A stretch of 64,000 nt of DNA from Lytechinus pictus. Taxonomy: Eukaryota. The position numbers and the translations under genes were made by a program. Below the pieces are notes generated by a model. It did no database searches. It saw nothing but the letters and a program-made list of their open reading frames with translations, and had not been told where the DNA came from. Shown here one piece after another: positions 25,201-40,200 of this stretch (position 1 is its first letter; every line of letters starts with the position of its first letter). The DNA lies in contig NC_087253.1 in NCBI RefSeq assembly GCF_037042905.1, positions 16,244,001 to 16,308,000 of the forward strand, written 5' to 3'.

Positions 25201-28200
25201 TGCTTCCCCGAGATTCGGTATCAAAATCGTCGAAATGCAAATAATATTAAATATTAAAAGTGATCATACTTCACGAATCATGTCTGCCCGGTGATATTGT
25301 TAATGATGTAACGAGCCACGGTTAAGACCTTAAAAATGAACTTGAATTGTAAAGAAATAAAAAATAAAGCTCAGTGATGCGGATTTTGACAGCTAAGGTC
25401 AAAACCTCAAACTTCTTTTGAAACCGGGAAAGATTTGGTCACTCTTATAAGAAGAAAAGTACGACGACAAAACTTTTGCAAAGATAGGTCACACAAAGTT
25501 GTTATTGTGAAGCTCAACTGACACATGATTGATTTGAATGTTTTGCGAATTGCTGAGATTCACTAGAACTGTTTTCATTGCATTTGGATAATTTCGAAAA
25601 TAAAAACAAACTTGTATATCTTTCTAAAACGTACGTTGTGTGGTTGTGTGCATGAACAGACAGGGAACTTCTATAATCGTGATAATGAAAATACAATTTT
25701 CACTAATCAAGTACGGAAAGTTCGGTCATTAAGCACTGGGGTCAAACAAATCCATTTTCAAAACTGCTACATTCTAAAGTCAAAAGGCGTTTAATATATA
25801 TATACGTTTAACATTTCACCTGTTTTTTTTTTCCATTCATATTTAAACAGAAGCTCCATGTCCGGTAACGGGAGAATGGTACGTGGATTGGGACGCCTCC
25901 TACGAGTGTCTCTCGCAGCTTTCTCAGCCATTCCCTGGTGCTATTCCCGGTCAGATCCTGCCTCTGTTGACCGTAACCGATGTCATACAAGCAGCAGGAG
26001 CGTCCTGGACCGCCGACAACCTCATTGAATCAGAAGGGGAGATATGTGTTAGGATCATACCCCAGCTCTCGGCAGCTGCGTTTGGAGCTGATATCTTCAG
26101 AGAGTACTGCGATCCTGTCCTGACGTCTTTGAGAGAGGGGACGCAGCTTGATGCAGAAGGACACTGTAGGATGATATTCAACATAACAGGGTACATGTCC
26201 TCATTCATGGGGGCTGCCATTACTCCAACACCAACTACTGATACCGAATACCCTACGGGAATCGCCGCATTACGACCTTTCGACTTTGAGGGGGTCATAA
26301 GGGACATTGTTGCCGAGCAATTCGGGATCACCAGTGACGACGTGGACGCAATCTGTAGTGCTCGACAGGTTCTAGTGGATTCTGGGTTGGCTTTGCGGGA
26401 ACTTGTCTCAAATTTCCTTGTGGCATTTGTCGAAGCTCTCATACCCAGAGCTGCGGAGATCTGTAATAGCTGGGATGCCATCAATTCGGCTATTGAGGCT
26501 GCGTCGGGTCCGTACGATTCACCACCTGAGATATTCAACGACGTGTCCGACCTAATAGCACATTTAGTAGGCTTTGAAAACAGAGAGGCTTTGTGCCAAC
26601 GTTTGAACATATCTACTTCCAGCCCACTGCTTCATCTTGCAGCTTCAGATATTGTAGGTAATATGCTCTCTGTGTTGACCGATTCTCAACATTGTTCTGC
26701 CATCGCTCAGGAGGCTATAGATCTTTCTTTGGCGTACACCCCTACCCTAGATAGAGACACGCTAAATCTTCAAATCTATCAGATAACAGGGATTAACGGC
26801 ACCGACCAGCTCTGTCAGGTTGTCGAAGACGCATTCCAGGCAGAAGGTGGGTAACACTATTATCTCATATATATATATATAATGAGAGATGGTACCGATC
26901 GAGACAAGGGATTCTAGAGGTTGTAATGGCATTATGTACTTACATGATTCTACACAGACCTGTCTTCTATCTGCATGTTTTCCCTCCATTATCTTAGAAA
27001 AAATAGAGGATCGTCACCTCTCATAAATGTGAAATCCAACTCACTTCAACCCAGTTCACCTACATGTATTATCCAGCCTTTTTCTTTATTTCCTTGTGAT
27101 GATAACAAAGTGGATATTGCAGATTGATCAGATACTTGTATGTTATTCCATTTACTTTCTACAAATCCACTGTGCCTTTCTGAAATACGGATAGCAACGT
27201 CGTGGAGGGACACGGTTTGTCTACATTGCTATGTTATGATTGTGCATGGGCCCAAAGAATACTTCAATGGTCGAAACCTCGCATATATAAAATCAAAATT
27301 ATACTTTGGTTATGTTAATTTAGTTAGTAAAGTTTGTTAGGTTAGCAAGTTTGGTTCTAATATGAAATTCCTAACATGCTTAAAGAAAATTGTTTATAAG
27401 TATACCCGTGTTCATGGTGTTACTTAAGGTTTTATCCGGTTATCAGTGTGATAACGTGCGTTTTGGGGAATCGGTCTTCTTTTGTATCACTTAGGACTTG
27501 AACATGTTGAAGGGGACGTACGCCTGGCTGATGGGTCTACTGAACTAGAGGGACGTGTTGAGATCTTTGTGAATGGCTCTTGGTCTCCAGTGTGTGACAA
27601 TTCTTTCAACGAAGAAGAGGCCGAAGTTGTTTGCCGACAGCTAGGATTTGACGCAGCAGTTGCAACGTGGTGTTGTTCGCGGTATGGATTCACCGACGTA
27701 CCGGGCGTCCTTGGCGGATTAAGCTGCACCGGGACGGAGGACAACCTTCTTGCATGTCCCCAAGATGAACCAGCCTACACCTACAATCCCTGCTATCCCT
27801 GGGCAAACGCTGGAGTCGTGTGTAGAGGTAAGTGTACAAAGCATAAGGCAAAATTTACCCTTATATATATTGGTTTATGGGTGATCTTCAGGGGAGGACA
27901 ATTTCGAGGTTACGTAACATTTGCTCCGGCGACAATTGCTCCGATAAAAAATCTGCGCTTTGAGCCAAACTCAACCTCAAACACTAAATAAATCCTAATC
28001 CTTACGTTTACATTATTCTGAGCCAAAAACTCTGGTACAGCCCTAACTCTCAACCCCATGTCCTCTGAGCTACTACGACCGGACGAATTGTCGCAGGAGC
28101 ATATGTTGTGTCACCAATCATTTTGGAATTATGTGCAACAATTAATCTAATCACGTAGTCTAAGTAAAATAAAAAATGTTAAGTGGAAATTAAGAAAAAT

Positions 28201-31200
28201 GTTTGATAAAAACAATTTCTGTTGTGAATGTTGAAACCCGTTGGACCCTTCTATAAGGATGCCATGAAGATCCCTACCCCCCCCCCCCCGCCTTCCTTCC
28301 TTCTTGAACATAGAAACACTACTACTTATCTTTTTTTATTAATTTCACAGGAGAACTTACGCCTTGCCCTCTTCCAATTGGACCAGCAATTGATTGGGAA
28401 GCGATATACGAATGTGAACTGCCTTACTTCCAAGAGTTCATACAGTCATACATCAGATACCCTCCGGTTCCCGGGGAGGTCATGCCTTTCCTCACTGTAG
28501 CAAACATTATCGACGCTGCAGGAGCCATTTGGGGATCTGACGACTTGTTCGAAGGGTTAGGCAACTTCTGCACCCTCATTGCTCCACGAGCGACAGCGTC
28601 AGCTGGTCCTGACATATTTCCTGGCATATGCGATCCTCTGATACCTTCGGCGGACGGCGTTGACTTAGATGGGTCCGTTGGTGAAGAGATATGTCGATAC
28701 ATCTACTCCTTGGCAACCCATGGACCTTACCCTGAACCTTCCTATACCGACGCTCCCTTTAGTACGACCACCATACCACCTCAAACAAGCATGAGAAGTA
28801 GCTCAACACCCGCAGTGTGGCCCACGGATTTCCCCTCGTTCATTGAATCAATAACCCCGATCATCTGCATATTCCCTCTTTCGTCCTATGATATTACCTC
28901 CGAAGGCCCTGACTTTGGCATCGACGCCCTTCAAGGATTCGACCCGGTACCTATCTTATTGCAAGCCGTCGATAACGTGCTGAACATCACGGAATATGAC
29001 CAGGACAGTTTGTGCTCTGGAGTGAATCACCTGACTGATGTTGACAACCGGCCACGTGATCTTGCGATAGAGTTCATGACGGAAGTGCTGGCAGCCCTCT
29101 TCCCAATAGGTAGTGAAATTTGCCAGGAGTGGGACAGCTTTATCGAAGCCCTGGTGGCCGAGTCTGGTAGTTACGTCGAAGTCGATCTCGGATTCCTGGT
29201 GGAAGAGATATCTGGAGTCGTTGCGCTGCTGACCGACTTCCCCGACAGGGATTCATTGTGTACGTACATCCAGACCGCTACTGCCTTGCCGGGAGAACAT
29301 GCAAACACCTTTGAACGATTCCTTGTGTTAAACGCCCTGAATGTGCTGCATGATGAAGAAAAATGTGTCTCTGTACTTGACAGCGCCCTGGCAGTCGCTG
29401 ACGCTATACCAGGAACTTCTCGGGAGGAGGTGGAAAATATCTACATGCCAATGTACAGTGGATTTACTGATATCCTTCAGATGTGCCGGTACATAAGTAC
29501 AGCTTTCGGTCCAAGAAGTAAGTTTATTTCAAACTTCCGTAATTTCATTGTTAAAATATTATTCAGTACTCGTAACTCTTGTAAACAAATTCGTTTAAAG
29601 GAACAACAAAATACATTTTATTCTATTAAAAAAACGATCATATTAGTCCAATATTCGTCCATGCACTAATGTAGGTGCCATGCCTTTATACGCATAACCT
29701 TATTCAAACGGCGATGGAGAAATGTTTTAAGCAAGTTTTAGACAATTATACAGAACTAAATTATCATAACGATAGCCTCGACGAGTGCTCAATATCATAT
29801 ATCTTTTTAGTTCAGAACATTGTTGTGAACCTATAAAATTAAGTAAAAAGTGTTCTGAACAAAGCGCAGATGAATACATTCATACAAAAGCTGCGCTATA
29901 CAAATTTATATTATTTTATTATTATTACTATTATTATTTTTCTCAAACAAGTTTATACCCTCTTTTAACAGGTTTGTTCATTAGATCGACACTTCTGTAA
30001 GGACTTTGCACTTGCTTTTTTTGTTCTACCATTCCCCATATCCACTATGTCGACCGCACATTTTGTACTTTGCCAAAGCATGGCGCAAAGAATAACAACA
30101 CGCAGGGAGCGGATGGGCAGTTTGTAAAGCGTTTGCCTTTCAGGCCAAAGATCATTGGTTCGAATCCAACCACATGTGACTGCGCGCGGATGACTAAAGC
30201 CAAGATTGTGTGCCCACGTGCCCTCCCCTGTTTCGTTCTTAGACACGGACAGGAAAAATCCATCCTCCTCGGACAGGATGTTAAGTTGAGGCCTCGTGTG
30301 GAGGGAAGTCACCACCTATGTACTCAAGGACCCACGTCACTAATCGCACACCGACAGGAGGACCCTGGTGTGGTGTTAGGCACGAACCTTATCAGTTATG
30401 TCGGGAGGAGAGCATCGCGGGTCACAATGACTCAGTTCGCGGTTCGCCTCCTAGTGACAACAAACGGAACAAAACTAATTACCATGAAGACGCGTTTCCA
30501 CCCAAACAAGTAAATTGAAATCTGGTAAAATTGTAAGAAGATTGATATGATGGACAAAGGATAATAACAATATTTTTTTCTTCCTCTTTTTTTGTTACCA
30601 CTCAAAGCGCCTCGACTTCCCATCCGGCTCGCTGACGGTAGCACTCCAGATGAAGGACGCGTTGAAGTTCAATACAACGGTACTTGGGGGACCGTCTGCG
30701 ACGATGACTTCGACGATGATGACGCCACCGTTGTGTGCCGGCAACTTGGATACCGAGGGGAAGCCATTTCACTTGGAAACTTGAATCCTGGCAGTGGTGA
30801 TATCCTTTATGACGATCTGAGATGCCTAGGGGTCGAGTCTTTCCTCGGCCAATGCCCAAATGCTGGTTTAACAATCAATAATTGTGTCCACTATGAGGAT
30901 ATCAGCGTGAGCTGCAGTCTTGAAGGTAAAGATTATTGTGATAGACGCATGGGCCACATGTTCCGAAGTCGGGTATGATTTTAACTCTGGTCTAAAGTTG
31001 TGGTTTAACTATGGATAGCAAATTTTGACACGAATCTCTCACGGTACATGCTCAGTACAATTTCTTATTTGACACTCAAATAAAGTAATAAACCATATGT
31101 TAACGGTAGCTAAAATATTTGTATTCATCATTAAAACATGATGAAAAGCACAGAAAAAAATATAAAATATAAAATGTAGATTTGTGACAAATTTCGGCTT

Positions 31201-34200
31201 GCCATATTTTCAGCCGAGATTTGGACCATGGTTTAAGTTGAACCAGACTTCAGAATGTCAGAGTACCATCTGTCGTATATAAGGTCAGTCACTGTGACTG
31301 ATTAATCCAGACATAAAGGCCTGAATTCACAAATGTGGTTTTCTGTAGATTTCCTGTATAAATTACCCTTATTTACCGCGTATATTAAACATAATGCCCA
31401 ATGCTGATGCGCGCTTTTGTCAGAGTGCGCCAAATTGACGCTGTTGCCATGGTTAAGTATAACGTATTTTATTCATGAGTCCACTGTTTGAAGAGTGGAC
31501 TCATTAATGCAAAACAGTGGACTCATGAATAAAATAGCATGGATAACCAAGGCAACAGGCGTCAAAGCCGTGCACTGTGACAAATGCGCGTATCAGCTTT
31601 GGACATTTTTTTTTATAACCGCGGTAAATGAGCGTAAATTTATACCGGACAACTTCATAAACCATGGGTTTAACCAATAGTTTAAGAAACCACCTTAATG
31701 AATTTGGGCCAATATGTTTCCTTGGTAAATGGTTATATGCAAGTTTGGCGTTTACAAGCAAAATGCTGTCCTGCCGAGTTCCTACGGGGGGTACCATAAA
31801 CAGAAATAGAATACAGTTCATGATTTATGTCTCATGTCTCTCCAAGTGTTAATTATACAAATACATGTACATATTTATATTTATTTTATTTTATTTGTAT
31901 TCTTTACTCAGGGTAGCCTGTTCAGTGGTTTAGACACTGTTGTCAACCAGGGCCCTGCACAATACATATATACATAAAACAATCAAAAGAACATATTTTT
32001 ATGAAATCGACATTGTTAAACTGCAATATGATTAGAGAGAAATTATTTGAGTACTTGAAAAATGAAGCAGTATTGGAAATTGACAGGAAAACTAGGAAAA
32101 ATTAATAGGTATGCAATACATCATCCGTCTTTGAAGGGCATTATAGAAATTGCACACGTGGAGTTCCTTTGGATCAGTTCGAACACTTTGTATGTGTATT
32201 TGGACTATTTCAAAGTAACAACTTGAGTAACCATTCTACGAAATGCCCGAGGAAAATGCGGTGCATTATATGTTTTATAGGATTGTGATAAGGATGATAA
32301 CCCATCCACTCCTCAATATCGTGGCCGATAAGCATGGCAAGCGGGTTAATAGAATTAATCAAATAAAATCATCTCAATCAATGGTAGCCGCCATTGGCAA
32401 ATTTGTATGATAGCTAAAATTAATGACAAGTCATGTGATGCATTTCAGCCAATCATTTGATTGGGATTCATATGACCACGTGAAACAGTCTAAACATATG
32501 CGAGTATATTTTTCCAGACGTCTTGAATAGTCCACATCGTCTTTATGAAGAAATGGTATCTATTTAAATGCATGGTATTCTTCTTTCCATCCTTCAGTGA
32601 CACCCCCCATTCTACCAACAACGCAGGCTTGGACAACGGAAGGTATTACTGATCTACCGACAAGACTGGTTAATGGCGGCACTGACAACGAGGGACGTCT
32701 CGAGGTTTTCTACCAAGGCCAGTGGGGCACGGTATGCGATGACTTCTGGGATTCGGATGCTACCGATGTTGCCTGCCGTGCCCTCGGCTTCCTCCGTGGG
32801 GCGAACTATTCTTGTTGTGCCGCTTTCGGCCAAGGTGACGGTTTGATTATCCTTGATGACGTAATCTGTAACGGAAACGAAAGTAGCATCGCATCGTGTC
32901 GCCACGGAGGACCGTATGTCCATAACTGTCAGCACTCTGAGGACGTCGGAATTACCTGTATCCCATATGGTAAAGGCCAACGAACGATGAGGGCGTCAAC
33001 AGAGCAACACTGCCTGTGTTGCTGCCCTGTTCGTTCGTTGGTAAAGACTTGGTAGATGCCAAACATGTTAGGAAATCATGAGCTTGCAAAATTAATGATC
33101 TTGGTTTATTCTGAAGTATAATATCGAATCAGAGTTTGATTAGGTTTCTACAAGGGGGGTCGCTGCTATCTCTTCGAAATAATCAGATATAGCTTGTATA
33201 GTTCGAGGGTATTTGGCAGCGCTCTGATTTATTTATCAATAGTGTTTCAATTATAATGGCCCGCATTTTGAGTCGGTTTTAATTTAAACTCTTGTATAAA
33301 GTTGTGGTTTAATAATGGATAGCCAATAGTAACATGAATGTCTAACAGTAAAGGTTAAATTATCAGCTCATTTGATACTCAAGTAATTATTTAGCCTACA
33401 ATGTAAACGCAATTTTGACAATTTTGGCTTCCGCTTATTTAGCACAGAATACTTTAGAATACGGGCCAATAAATGCACGTTTTGTAAGTGCATTGGTGGA
33501 AGTTCTAGAACATACATACATGTACATCAGTCGCGTAGTGGTCTCGTACTCCGTTTTCAGTGGAGCAGTGCTGCACGATTCAAGGGTATGAATCCTAGCC
33601 AAGGCGTTATTCCTTCAGTAAAAGATTCATTCTCATTGTACTGTAGTCAGCCATGTGAGGTGAAAGCATACCTGAAATGATTCAATCCCTGTATCCGTTC
33701 ATTTCTTGACAACTGCGGCTCTCAAATATATAGGCAATGTGTCAATACGGTTATTTAGACCAATTCTTTTAGGGGGCGTTGTGGCCCAGTGGATTAGTCT
33801 TCTGACTTTAAAACAGAGGGTCGTGGTGTCAAAATCCCAGCCATGGCGTAATTTCCTTCAGCAAGAAATTTATCTACACTGTGCTGCACTCAACCCAGGT
33901 GAGGTTAATGGGTACCCGGCAGGATTAATTCCTTGAATGCATGAGCGCTGAAAGGCAGCTCGAGCTAAAGCCGGGGTAATAATAAAAATGCGCATCGGAA
34001 TAGAATATTTCTAGATAGATTGCGCTATATAAATGCCTATTATTATTATTATTTTTATTATTATTATTATCATTATTATTACTATGGGACCCTCAAGGCA
34101 ACTTTTAGTAACTACCTACCTTTTCCTACCCCCTGTTCCTAGATTCGGCAACAGGAGACGTACGTCTTGTTGGAGGAAATAACCCAGCAGAGGGAAGAGT

Positions 34201-37200
34201 TGAAATTGAACATAATGGCGAATGGGGAACCATTTGCGACGACTCATGGGATTTGGAAGATGCCGGTGTTGTGTGCAGAATGCTGGGCTATCCTGCAGCT
34301 ACTGATGCTCCAGGATATGCTCACTTCGGCCAAGGTTCCGGTCCTATTCTTCTTGATGACGTGGCTTGTACGGGGGATGAGGAGAGTATCTTTGATTGTG
34401 GTAATCCGGGCATCGGTGTTAACAATTGTGGCCATTACGAGGATGCAGGAGTGGTTTGCAGCAACGAAGGTAACACTCCTTTTCAAAGGCGAAACGACCC
34501 CAACCTTTCGTTTAATAGGGAGTTTTCAGAAAGCGCCAGAGAATGAGTCCTATACATGTATATAACGTAACGATTTAATTTTGTCGATAGTCAATGAATC
34601 GGAACAGCAGATTCGTCTGACGTTTCAGAGCTGACGATACAAATTGTAAATATGTCGTGTGTCCAGAGTCACGGACGAAACTGCTCTTTCGATTATTCGA
34701 CCCTCAACAAATACCTCATTGCGATTTGACAAGCACGGCAATGCATTTTATGCGTTGTAGGGTTCATTCCGCGCCGCTGTGCAAAAAAACTCCCTAATAT
34801 ATTTAGTACAACGCAAGCCCCAATTTCGTGAGCTGTAATTGACTTTTACATCGAAACGAAGCAGCAGTTTCGTCCTGGACTCTAGAAAAACGACATATTT
34901 GCATTTATTCGTCAGTTCCGGAACTTCGGACGAACTGCTGTTCCGGTTCACCAATTTTAGATGAAATAACACCCAGCTGTTCATTGTCATTTGACGGGTA
35001 TTTTCCAATACATATACTATGTTCTAGAATTCTTTCTACGTCGCCGTGCAAAAACTCACCATGACTTCCCCTATGTACATAATCTTTGTAGTTTCATTGT
35101 TCATTTCTCCAACCCTAAGCCCAATGCGAAGGTGACATGGTATTCCAGATATGCGGTTCAGCATGCCCGCTTACGTGTGAGGATAGAGAACCGCAAAGCT
35201 GTCCACTTATCTGTGTGCAGGAATGCCAGTGTCCGGCCGGATTGTTCAGGGTTTCAGGTGACGACTCTCGCTGCGTTCCAGAGGAGGAGTGTCCATCAGG
35301 TAGGCCTATTTCTCGCCCATCTGGAAACTTTAATTCTTCTAATTGTAATATTGTATCAGAACAACAATTATTTAAGTGATAATCACGATCATCATCGTCA
35401 TCACCGCTCGCCCCATACACCGAGACCATCGTGATGATATCTGCTTTGCACGGAGCAGTGATTCACATGAAATGGCTTAATATTGATTTCCCTTCTGTTA
35501 ATCATTGTCATGCTTAGGAAAGGTGTGGAGAAACAAGTACTAAATTAAATATTAATTGTAAATCTCGTTTAAATGATGCAGTCTTAGTAAAAAGAAATGC
35601 TGGAGATGTCTGAAATTATTTTTCTTTGCATTCAGTTATGTTCTTAGATCCAGCTGGCATGAAATGGTGAAGGTTGTGCTTACTTGGGGTTAAAATGTTA
35701 ATTTGGGTGGCAAAGTTGTTCCAAATTTTAAAATGTATTTGTTTTATGTCAATTTGCTAAAAATTTCAAAGAAAAATATGCGAAATGTACCGCACGGTCA
35801 GAATCGTCTCCCATATCCTCCGAACGATATTTGGGCATGACGTAAATTACACCTTCATCCCTTATAATGTTTGCGCTCATTCACCCAAAACCTACAACAA
35901 TATGAAGGGCCATTTCAGATATATATCTCACATGACGCCCACGCTTTGGAAATTTAACAAATAGTACGGTATTTCAAGAAGCAGACTTTGGGACATCGTC
36001 TGGGCCAACCTTTTTATAAAAATAAATGTTATATAAAACAAATAATCAATGACGCGTTTCAGAGAGCTTGGTTCATTCTTAACAATGTCACGGTTTAGAA
36101 TTTGATATTCTCCATATCAATTTACTGTGTCTTGATTATAGACATCGACTCGGCAGTTGTACGTCTAGTTGGTGGAAGCAGCGATGCAGAAGGAAGGGTT
36201 GAAATTCAACATGACGGAGTCTGGGGAACTATCTGTGATGACGGATGGGGTCTGGAGGATGCCGGTGTCATCTGCAGAATGCTCGGTTTCGAGGATGCTC
36301 TCAGCGCACCAGGATCAGCTGAGTTTGGCATAGGCTCTGGACCTGTTCAACTCGACGACGTTGGCTGTTCAGGATACGAGGAAACCATCTTGGACTGCTA
36401 TCATCGCCCGATTGGTGAACACAATTGTGCTCACAGCGAAGACGCTGGGGTTGTGTGCATTCCCCAAGGTAGGGGTTACTCTTTAAGTATAGCTTCCAAA
36501 AATATACCTTCACTTTTCCGAAGAAATAACCTAAATTGACAGCGATAATAAGGATATAATAAAGCGATGACTAGTGTCTCGTGGGAGTTTTTTTTCGAAT
36601 ACGAAAAAATTAAGTCGGAAAATAGAACGATTGAGTCTACCTCGAACATGGCTATGAAGAGGACAGATCTTCTGAAGACGCTAGATTGTGTGCATTCCAC
36701 ATATTATTGGTATTCTTTTGAAATTATTGAATCACCTCTGCTAAAATCCCCCCCCCCCCCTATAAGGATCATGCCGCGTATCAAAAAGGCAGAGTGTATT
36801 AATACACTGTTCCTTTTATGTCTCGCCCTCCAGTGTTGAAGGCGAGACTAAGGGATCCGACTGTCGTCCGTCCGTCACAAACATTATGACAAATAACTCC
36901 GCAACCGTTAGTCAGTTTTCAACCAAACTTGTATCGTAGATGTACTTAGGAAACTTGCATGTAATTCTGAAATCGGAGGTCGGAGGTTTTGATTTACTTA
37001 CGCGACATGCATGTCATGGTACAGTCAGAGGTGGCACATGGTAAGGACAAAGGTCATTTTCAGATCAACATTCAAGTTTACGTGCAAGACTGTCTTATGA
37101 CACACAACTCCGCAACCGCAATTTACCTTTCACCCGAACTTGGGTTTTTGATTTACTTACGAGACCTGCATGTCATGGTACAGTCAGAGGTGGCACATGG

Positions 37201-40200
37201 TGACATCAAAGGTCATTTTCAGATCAACATTCAAGTTTACGTGCAAGACTGTCTTATGACACATAACTCCGCAACCGCAAGTCACTTTTCACACAAACTT
37301 TGGTTGTAGATGTACTTACGAGACTTGTATGTCATGGTGCAGTCAGAGGTCACATGGTAAGGCCAAAGGTCATTTAGAGGTCAACATTTAAGTTTACGTG
37401 CAAGACTCTTATGACAAATATTCTTCGATCCCAGTTATTTTACAATGAACTTTTGATACAATTCTGTTGCGTGCCATAGCAAATCACGATATTTCTGATT
37501 ACTAGACACAACATCGCTTATGCCTTGTTTATGTTGGTTATCTCATAAGCCGAAAAGACATACTCTCATACTGATATACATGTATTCATTTTTATACAAA
37601 AGTAGTTACAATATACAAATAGCGAATAGGCATGAGTGCGATGGTGCGAGATTTCGCATGAGGTGAAAGAAAGATGCTCTATTCAACGAGGCGTTAGCCG
37701 AGTTGAATAGAGTGTTTCTTTCTTTCACCGAATGCGAAATCTCGCACCATTGCACGAATAAGAATATTCGCTATTTGTGTTGTACAACGCCTCGGAAGTT
37801 AGCGAAAATATGTAAAAACAAAGAGTTTTTCCTGCAGTAATCTATTAAAAGGGAGCAAAAATATGGAAAACGAAAAGCAAAATCCCACAAGCGAACACCT
37901 CGGGCAGCATTGCGCATTTAGCCAGGCCAGCAGGCTATACGCGTATTGCACCTGCATTTTTACTGAGCGCAATGAATTGAATCGTATTGTGACGTCACCT
38001 CCTAAGCCGTGCAACGGTACATTTTGGACGGTACATTTTGGATGGTACGTCTTTTGTGCAACGGTACGAATGTTTGACATTCAGCCTCCCATTTGCTCGC
38101 GTACAACAAGCTAAGTAGGCGTTGTACAATAACAATAGGCCTACCATGAATACCGTCGAATATTTTTCATGCCTGTGAAACAGTATTTAAACTATAATGA
38201 ACTCTCCACTGTTTTCTGTGGAGAACAGGTTTGAGTTTATGACGACGACCTCTTTTTCTGTTTAAGTTTAAATGAATTTCATTTAATTTCCATTCGACGG
38301 AAAGTTTAGTGTATATACCTATGGCTCTGTAAGAAAGTTTACCCCTTCTTCACACGGCATGACGAGAGAGGTCGAAATGGTTGGTCATTCAACGCATGTC
38401 CAATTGTCCATAATTCTCCACTCATCCTGTATGTACATCCTACATTATTGTAATTTCTGCGTATTTCGAAAGGGAACGTATTCCTCGAGCGTTTGAATCG
38501 TAAATGATTAATAGTTAGGATTATATTCTATATATTTTCTAATGCAAACATAAAAGTGGTACGCCTGGTAAATGGAAACAACGAAGCTGAAGGAAGAGTC
38601 GAGATCAATCTTAACGGAGAATGGGGAACTATCTGTGATGATGGATGGGATCTGGACAATGCTAATGTTATCTGTAGAATGCTCGATTTCCAGGGAGCTC
38701 TCAGCGCCCCAGGATTCGCTCAATTCGGCCAAGGCTCTGGTCCTATCCAACTCGATGACGTCAGCTGTTCAGGAGATGAACAAACAATCTTGGACTGTTC
38801 TCATCGCCCGATTGGTGAACACAATTGTGGTCACAGCGAAGACGCTGGTGTTGTGTGCATTCCCCAAGGTAGGGGTTACTCCATTAGACTTCTCTTAGTA
38901 TAGCTTCTAGAAAATACTGCCACTCCCCCGAATGAATAACCTGAATTGACAGCGAAAATGAGGATATAATCAAGCGAAAATTATTATGTGTATAATGTTT
39001 TTCTTGACATTTTCGAAAATGTAAGGCGAAAGTAGAAAGTTTGTGTCTACCTCGAACATGGCCGTGATAAGAATAGGTCGGGAGACGCTTTAAGTTGTGT
39101 CCATTAAAATTGGTAGAGGATATCCTTATTTAAGACCATCTTCCAATCCACCCCCCCCCCCTTCACCTCGAGAAATAACTTTGAAGTCAACAGCGATCTT
39201 GAAAAGTAAAATATAGAAGGCCTGTGTCTACTTGGAACAACACCAAAAAGATGCATATTTTCTCTAGTAGAAGGTGCATGAATCTTTAAAGGTGATGTTC
39301 AATGACACAAATTAGTGAAGGATCAATGGGGAATGTGTTCATGCGGAAAACATTTTTCGTGTATTCAGGACCGAGTATGTGGAATAGCCTTCCGAGTAGC
39401 CTGAAATCTAGCCAAAGTCTTTCGACTTTTAAACGAACATTCAGAAATTTTCTTCTGAACTCCTATTGATTTGCCCTATCCGCCCCCCCCCCTTGGTTTT
39501 CGTTTTGGTAGATCTTTTTGTGTTATAGGAATTGACCTTCGAAAGGTCTTGAGGCCTATTGTTTATCCCACCACTTTCTGTTATTTACTCGATTCATAAT
39601 GTACCCCTTTTTACTCGTGTTTGAATGTATTTTTAATGTATTTTTTAATGTGTTTTTATTCTATTGTACCAGTATTTTTATCAGAATGTGGAAAATAAAT
39701 AAATCTAAAGAATCTAAAAAGATAATTGATTTATACAGATTCAACTGAATGGAACACATGTTTATATTACCCATGACTCTAATGGAAAATACAACCCTTT
39801 TCACTTCATCAGTATAAAATAGAGAAGTCGAAATGGTTGGTCTTTCAACACGAGTCCACATCCTGCATTCATCCAACTTGGCTTATTTAATGGTATTGTA
39901 GTTTGGGATAATAAAAAAGGAAACGTGTATTTCGAGCGTTTGAATCGTACATAAATATTATCGATCATGCTATCACATTTTGATACCAACATAGAAGTGG
40001 TACGACTGGTTAATGGAAACAACGACGCTGAAGGAAGAGTCGAGATCAACCTTAACGGAGAATGGGGAACTATCTGTGATGATCTCTGGAGTCTAGAGGA
40101 TGCTAATGTTATCTGTAGAATGCTAGGTTTCGAGGAAGCTCTCAGCGCCCCAGGATCAGCTCAATTCGGCCAAGGCTCTGGTCCAATCCAACTCGATGAT

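Noticed and set aside
22436-34080. tRNA genes at about 22436, 23007, 30105 and 33772
   Set aside because: The A and B boxes run into shared non-tRNA bodies and simple-repeat tails, so they are SINE heads.
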